DNA of 63,597 nucleotides, filler included. It is 5 parts of 5 records of this genome, joined end to end, with 100 filler letters (N's around TTAATTAATTAA, not from the genome) between each part and the next. Parts side by side here need not be neighbours in the genome. Positions count along the whole stretch, not along the records: positions 49,664 to 56,095 come from SRR2962707_1167; positions 56,196 to 63,597 come from SRR2962707_1168; 3 more parts are not named here. One strand, given 5' to 3'. The position numbers and the translations under genes are program-made. Below are positions 55,701 to 63,597 of the stretch, piece by piece. The notes below the pieces were generated by a model. The model did not search any database, was not told where the DNA came from, and saw nothing but the letters and a program-made list of their open reading frames with translations. Every line of letters starts with the position of its first letter. Within the stretch, counting starts at the first letter, position 1.

Positions 55701-56004
55701 GCTGCAAGTTGGGGGTGTGCATGTGTGCATACCCGTAAGGCGTCATTTCGGGGCGCATGTCGTCGATGGCGATCATCAGAATGTTGTGGTAGTTCTCGTT
55801 GTTGGCGTTGGCAACAACGTCTCGACCCTTCCTCGCCGCTGCAACTGGAGCAGCGACAGCTGCGGCGCCCCGTGACGGTGACAGGGCCGTCTCGGGCAGC
55901 TGCTGCGTCGATGAATCATCAGCTGATCGGGCCAGGGAGGAGGCGCAGAGCAACAGCAAAATAAAAATAGGAGCGAGAGAGCTGCGGCCCACCCTCATCA
56001 TCAT
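52746..56004 (-). CDS. Iduronate-2-sulfatase-like (S1 family) secreted/lysosomal sulfatase, many exons
   Basis: Signal peptide; [24 protein letters not shown] (CxPSR); [39 protein letters not shown]. Confidence 0.92.
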
Positions 56005-56047
56005 CGTGGAACAACGTGTTCTTGGGAGCTTGTTTCAGTTGCCCTCT

Positions 56048-56095
56048 TCGTTGTTGTTGTTGTTGGTTGTTGGTGTTGTTGTTGTTGTTGTTGTT
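56048..56095. repeat. (GTT)n microsatellite at contig end
   Basis: ttgttgttg run. Confidence 0.9.
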
Positions 56096-56195
56096 NNNNN
56101 NNNNNNNNNNNNNNNNNNNNNNNNNNNNNNNNNNNNNNNTTAATTAATTAANNNNNNNNNNNNNNNNNNNNNNNNNNNNNNNNNNNNNNNNNNNN
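56096..56195. other. Artificial contig linker followed by (GA)n
   Basis: N44-TTAATTAATTAA-N44. Confidence 0.99.
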
Positions 56196-56286
56196 AGAGA
56201 GAGAGAGAGTGAGAGAGAGAGCGAGGTCAACTATTTTTACCGTTTTATAAAGCCAGAAAAATACCGGTGGCGCCAGGCACGCATAC

Positions 56287-56326
56287 TGATTGGTCAACTT
56301 TGTTTTCGCGGATTTTGATTGGTCAA
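56287..56326. promoter_or_regulatory. Paired CCAAT-box-like elements
   Basis: tgattggtcaa at 56287 and 56316. Confidence 0.4.
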
Positions 56327-56926
56327 ACCCATCATCGTGCCGCCAACCAAGCGGCTGAGGATGGTGGATGGCGAACTACGACAACTCAAACGACTCCAAG
56401 CAAACAACCAAGACTCGCTTGCCACGCGAACATATTCGCTCCGGTGTGTCTTCTCCAGAGTGGTTGCAGACACTGCGAAGCGACAAGCTTCAGCGCCAGG
56501 GAGAGCTGGCGCTCTTACGCGTCGGCGCGTGTGTCACGTGTCGCGGCTTTTGGTGGACTGGCGGGGAACATCACAGTGCGAAGAAGAACGTGCCCACGTT
56601 CGCGAACACGTGAGCAGGCAAGTTGCTGCTGGGTGCATTTGCTGCGAGATGAAGACGCAGGCATGGTATGAAGCCTTCGTGCTGACAACGCCTGGCATGC
56701 TTAACGGCGGTCTTGCATTCGACATCTCACACGACAGCCTTACACGCTGAACGCGGGGCATGGACCTCGCGACCGGGGCTCGACTTCTCCAAAGGCTTTG
56801 AGCTCGAGACAGCGGTGCACCGCTTTTTTTGTGAGAAGAAGTTCGACTTTTCCAAAAACAGGTCAAACCCCGGACAACAAGTTCAGTGGCTTGCGAAGAG
56901 CTGGCACAGGCGCTTTCGGCAGCCCA

Positions 56927-59313
56927 ATGAAGTTCGCGTGGGGGCTGCCACTGCTTGTGGGACTTGTGAGCGGAGCGGCACTTCCTTACCAAGCTGTCAA
57001 CGTGCCTTCAACGCCGTCGAGAACCCGGCCGCGCGGGGGAGCACCTCAACAGCAACGCTATTCAATTGAAACTGTGCACCTGTATAATGAACTGTTTGAG
57101 GCGGGGCGCAAGCAGCTCGACAACGACAATCCCAAAGGCGCACTTTCCCACTTTCAGAAAGCAGCTTCCCTGGCACCTGATAACTCCAATGCCCACGCAA
57201 ACGTTGGAGTTTGCTTAATGCGGCTTGGGCGAACAGAAGATGCAATCGAGGCATTTGAGCAATCTGAAAGGCAAGACCCTCGACAGAAGGTTGCCGTGCT
57301 TAAGCGCGCACAGCTGCTTGACGAGCTCGGACGAACGCAAGAAGCGCAGCAGGGGTTCAAGCAGCTTATGCAACTCGACCCCTCCGATCCATGGCCGTAT
57401 TACCACCTTGCAGAGTATGCCACTGCGGCTACTGACCCAAGGGAAAAGAAGAAGGCTCCTGAGCTCTATGAACAGTGTGTAAGCCGATTCCAGGCAAGGC
57501 TCCAACAGATGACTCTGCCAGCTCAATCCAAGCAGAGGGGGCACTTTCTTGAGACCAAGGCAAAATGTCTCATGAAATTGGACCGTGTGAACGAAGCGCT
57601 TTCGGAACTAAATGCTGCGATCAAGTTTGGGAACAATTTTGCACACATCACGAAGGCGGATTTTCTTGGCTCACAAGATCGGATGCTGGACGCGGCCGAA
57701 GAGTACAACAAGGCTCGTGAAAAATGTGGGCAACTGTATTGTGCAACGCAAGAGACAAACTCAGCAGATTACTGACAAAGATCACCCTGACTTTCTGCAG
57801 GCCATTGAGACTTTAGGTGCGACACTGCAATTGCACATTGCTCTGGGGGGAGTATATTTTGCAGTGGCAAAGCCGTTTACTGCCAATGAGCAATCCAGTG
57901 GTGCCACAAAGCGACTTCATCACCTCAGTTCGGAAGAAAAGCAAGCATACCTACGAAAATCCATCGAGCAATTTGACCTCGCTCTCGCAGTCGACTCCAA
58001 CCATGGCAAGGCATTGTGGAGCAAGGTGTGTTTCCTGCCGCTAACAGCGCACCTGTATTGCAAAATTGTGCGACATCACAAGTTGAAGAATTTTCCGGTG
58101 CGCGAAGGGCAAGGCTTTACTGGCGCTTGGCGAGCATGAAAGCGCACAAGCAACTTTCGAAACTGGCGCTGCTGTGGGTGCTTGGCCCAACAAGTGGCAG
58201 CATCTTTCACCGGAGACGATTGCTGGGGTGGATCGCTACGATCCAAGCATCAAGTCTCGGTTCGAAAAATTTGGGCGCAATTTCCAGAAATGTTGTCAGA
58301 GGTTTCATTTGCAGCGTGTATTGTTTTTCAACCCTCGATAACCTTCGCTTGCAGACCGAACTGGACTGGTGATCCCATTGTTGAAGCAGCCGTTGCAAAG
58401 TTGCAGCAGAACTTTCAAATAATTTTGACAGAGCTTAAAAGATCACTCCCCGACTACAACCCTGCCGTTGCAAACAAGGACAGCGATAGCCTGTGGAGCA
58501 ACAAGAACAGCGCCGACCTGGTGGACCGAGGAAACTGGATGATGCTGTGCGTTCGAGCCGTCAAACATTGTTCTGCCATGCACCATTGTTCAAACTACAG
58601 AAAAAATGCTTGAGCTGCTCTTGGTGTTTTATGTTTCAGCTATATGCGCCAGGCTCATCGCCGCAGCATCGGCTGTGAAATCATGCCCAGAACTTGCCGA
58701 ATCGTTGAAGACATGGAGCGACAGGGACTGCTTGGTGTTTCAAAGTTTCCCGTCGACGACGAGCTTGCGGTAGGCTCAGGGCTTGTGCGCCTTCGTTTGA
58801 GGCATTGCAGCTCAATTTCTCGAAACCGAACGTTTGGTTTTTCAATGTTTACGAACAGGCCCTTGGAGAGTCACACACGATTTTCTTCAGCGGACTGCGG
58901 GGCGACACACATGTGACAGCACACTGCGGACCTCATAATCGTAGAATGCGAATTCTCTTCCCCATGATAATTCCAGATGGGTTCGTAGTTGGCTGCTCGC
59001 CTCAGATCCCCGGAAGTAGACTATTTCATCACGTGAAAATTCCTGAACTGCGTTTTGACAGGGGCAACTACACGATGCGTCTCACGGACGAATACCTTCA
59101 TTATGAGCCAGGGAAGGCCATTGTTTTCGATGACAGTTTCCAACATGAGGTGCGAATGCCTTGGCCACAGCCGAAAGCACTCACGACGAATCGCGCTGCT
59201 CATCGTGAGTGCATTTTGCTTTGTGTTGAAAGGTTTGGGCGCAGGCCCCTCCAGGCTCCAATGAGCCGAGGGTCATACTGATCCTGGACGTTGTTCATCC
59301 AGCACTCAGGTGA
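56927..59313 (+). CDS. Secreted TPR protein with aspartyl/asparaginyl beta-hydroxylase domain (about 8 exons)
   Basis: Signal peptide MKFAWGLPLLVGLVSGA; TPRs; THVTAHCGPHNRRMR, FDDSFQHEVW, RVILILDVVHP. Confidence 0.88.
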
Positions 59314-59399
59314 ACTTGCACACCGGACGCGCGTGCAGTGTGTGTACGCATGTGTACAATGTAATTTATTCACGTTCGCTCCTTCAATCCATGCGTGAT

Positions 59400-63247
<3,848 letters not shown>

Positions 63248-63573
63248 CGCAGCTGGTTTGAGTTCCTTTTTGTTCTCGTTTGCTTGGCAACGCAAAGACG
63301 AGGAGTAGCAACAGGAGGAGGAGGAGGAGGAGGAGCTGCGACGGTGCTGCCTGGTCCGGAAACTCCGCGACTTGTTCCCTTGTTTTGAGTTTGAGTGGCT
63401 TCGCAAGTTGGGAAACCAAGGCAAAGTGCGAGCAACCACTGACGCCCTACAGTCACTCCCAACGCAACAAACGCAAAAGGAAAAGCAAACGCAAAAACAA
63501 AGCCAGAACAAAGCCAAAGCGCTGTCGTCCGCCCACCAAGCTCTCACTCCAAGAGCAAGATCCACTGCTCACA

Positions 63574-63597
63574 ACACACACACACACACACACACAC
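63574..63597. repeat. (CA)n microsatellite at window end
   Basis: acacac run. Confidence 0.9.

Noticed and set aside
56267-56750. Short ORFs upstream of the TPR-AspH gene
   Set aside because: No domain or compositional support; probably promoter or 5'UTR

Overview
The window is not one natural locus. It is five contigs joined by identical 100-nt artificial linkers (N44-TTAATTAATTAA-N44) at 13627, 41405, 49564 and 56096. Contigs 1, 3, 4 and 5 are from an intron-rich unicellular eukaryote (stramenopile-like by inference). They encode COG6, a helix+FHA Survivin/BORI-like protein, a 2OG-Fe(II) oxygenase, a giant LamG/IPT-TIG protein, CYFIP/Sra1 fused to a Pro-rich region and SH3 domain, a two-HMG-box polyQ protein, NEDD1, an iduronate-2-sulfatase-like enzyme, a TPR-AspH hydroxylase and MCM3. 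Contig 2 (13727-41404) is an intron-free, GC-rich alphaproteobacterial (Parvibaculum/Rhizobiales-like) fragment. It carries an acetone-carboxylase-like subunit and partner, acetoacetate-CoA ligase, an RND/DUF1329/YCF48/DUF1302/DUF1329 envelope transport operon, a TRAP transporter, BVMO plus lactonase, tRNA-Gln, ppx, rlmE and guaB. The best candidates for something new are the CYFIP-PRD-SH3 fusion and the five-gene trans-envelope module with two Tat-exported DUF1329 paralogues next to ketone-carboxylation genes. Family calls come from motif recognition by eye and exon models were traced by hand; no searches were run.
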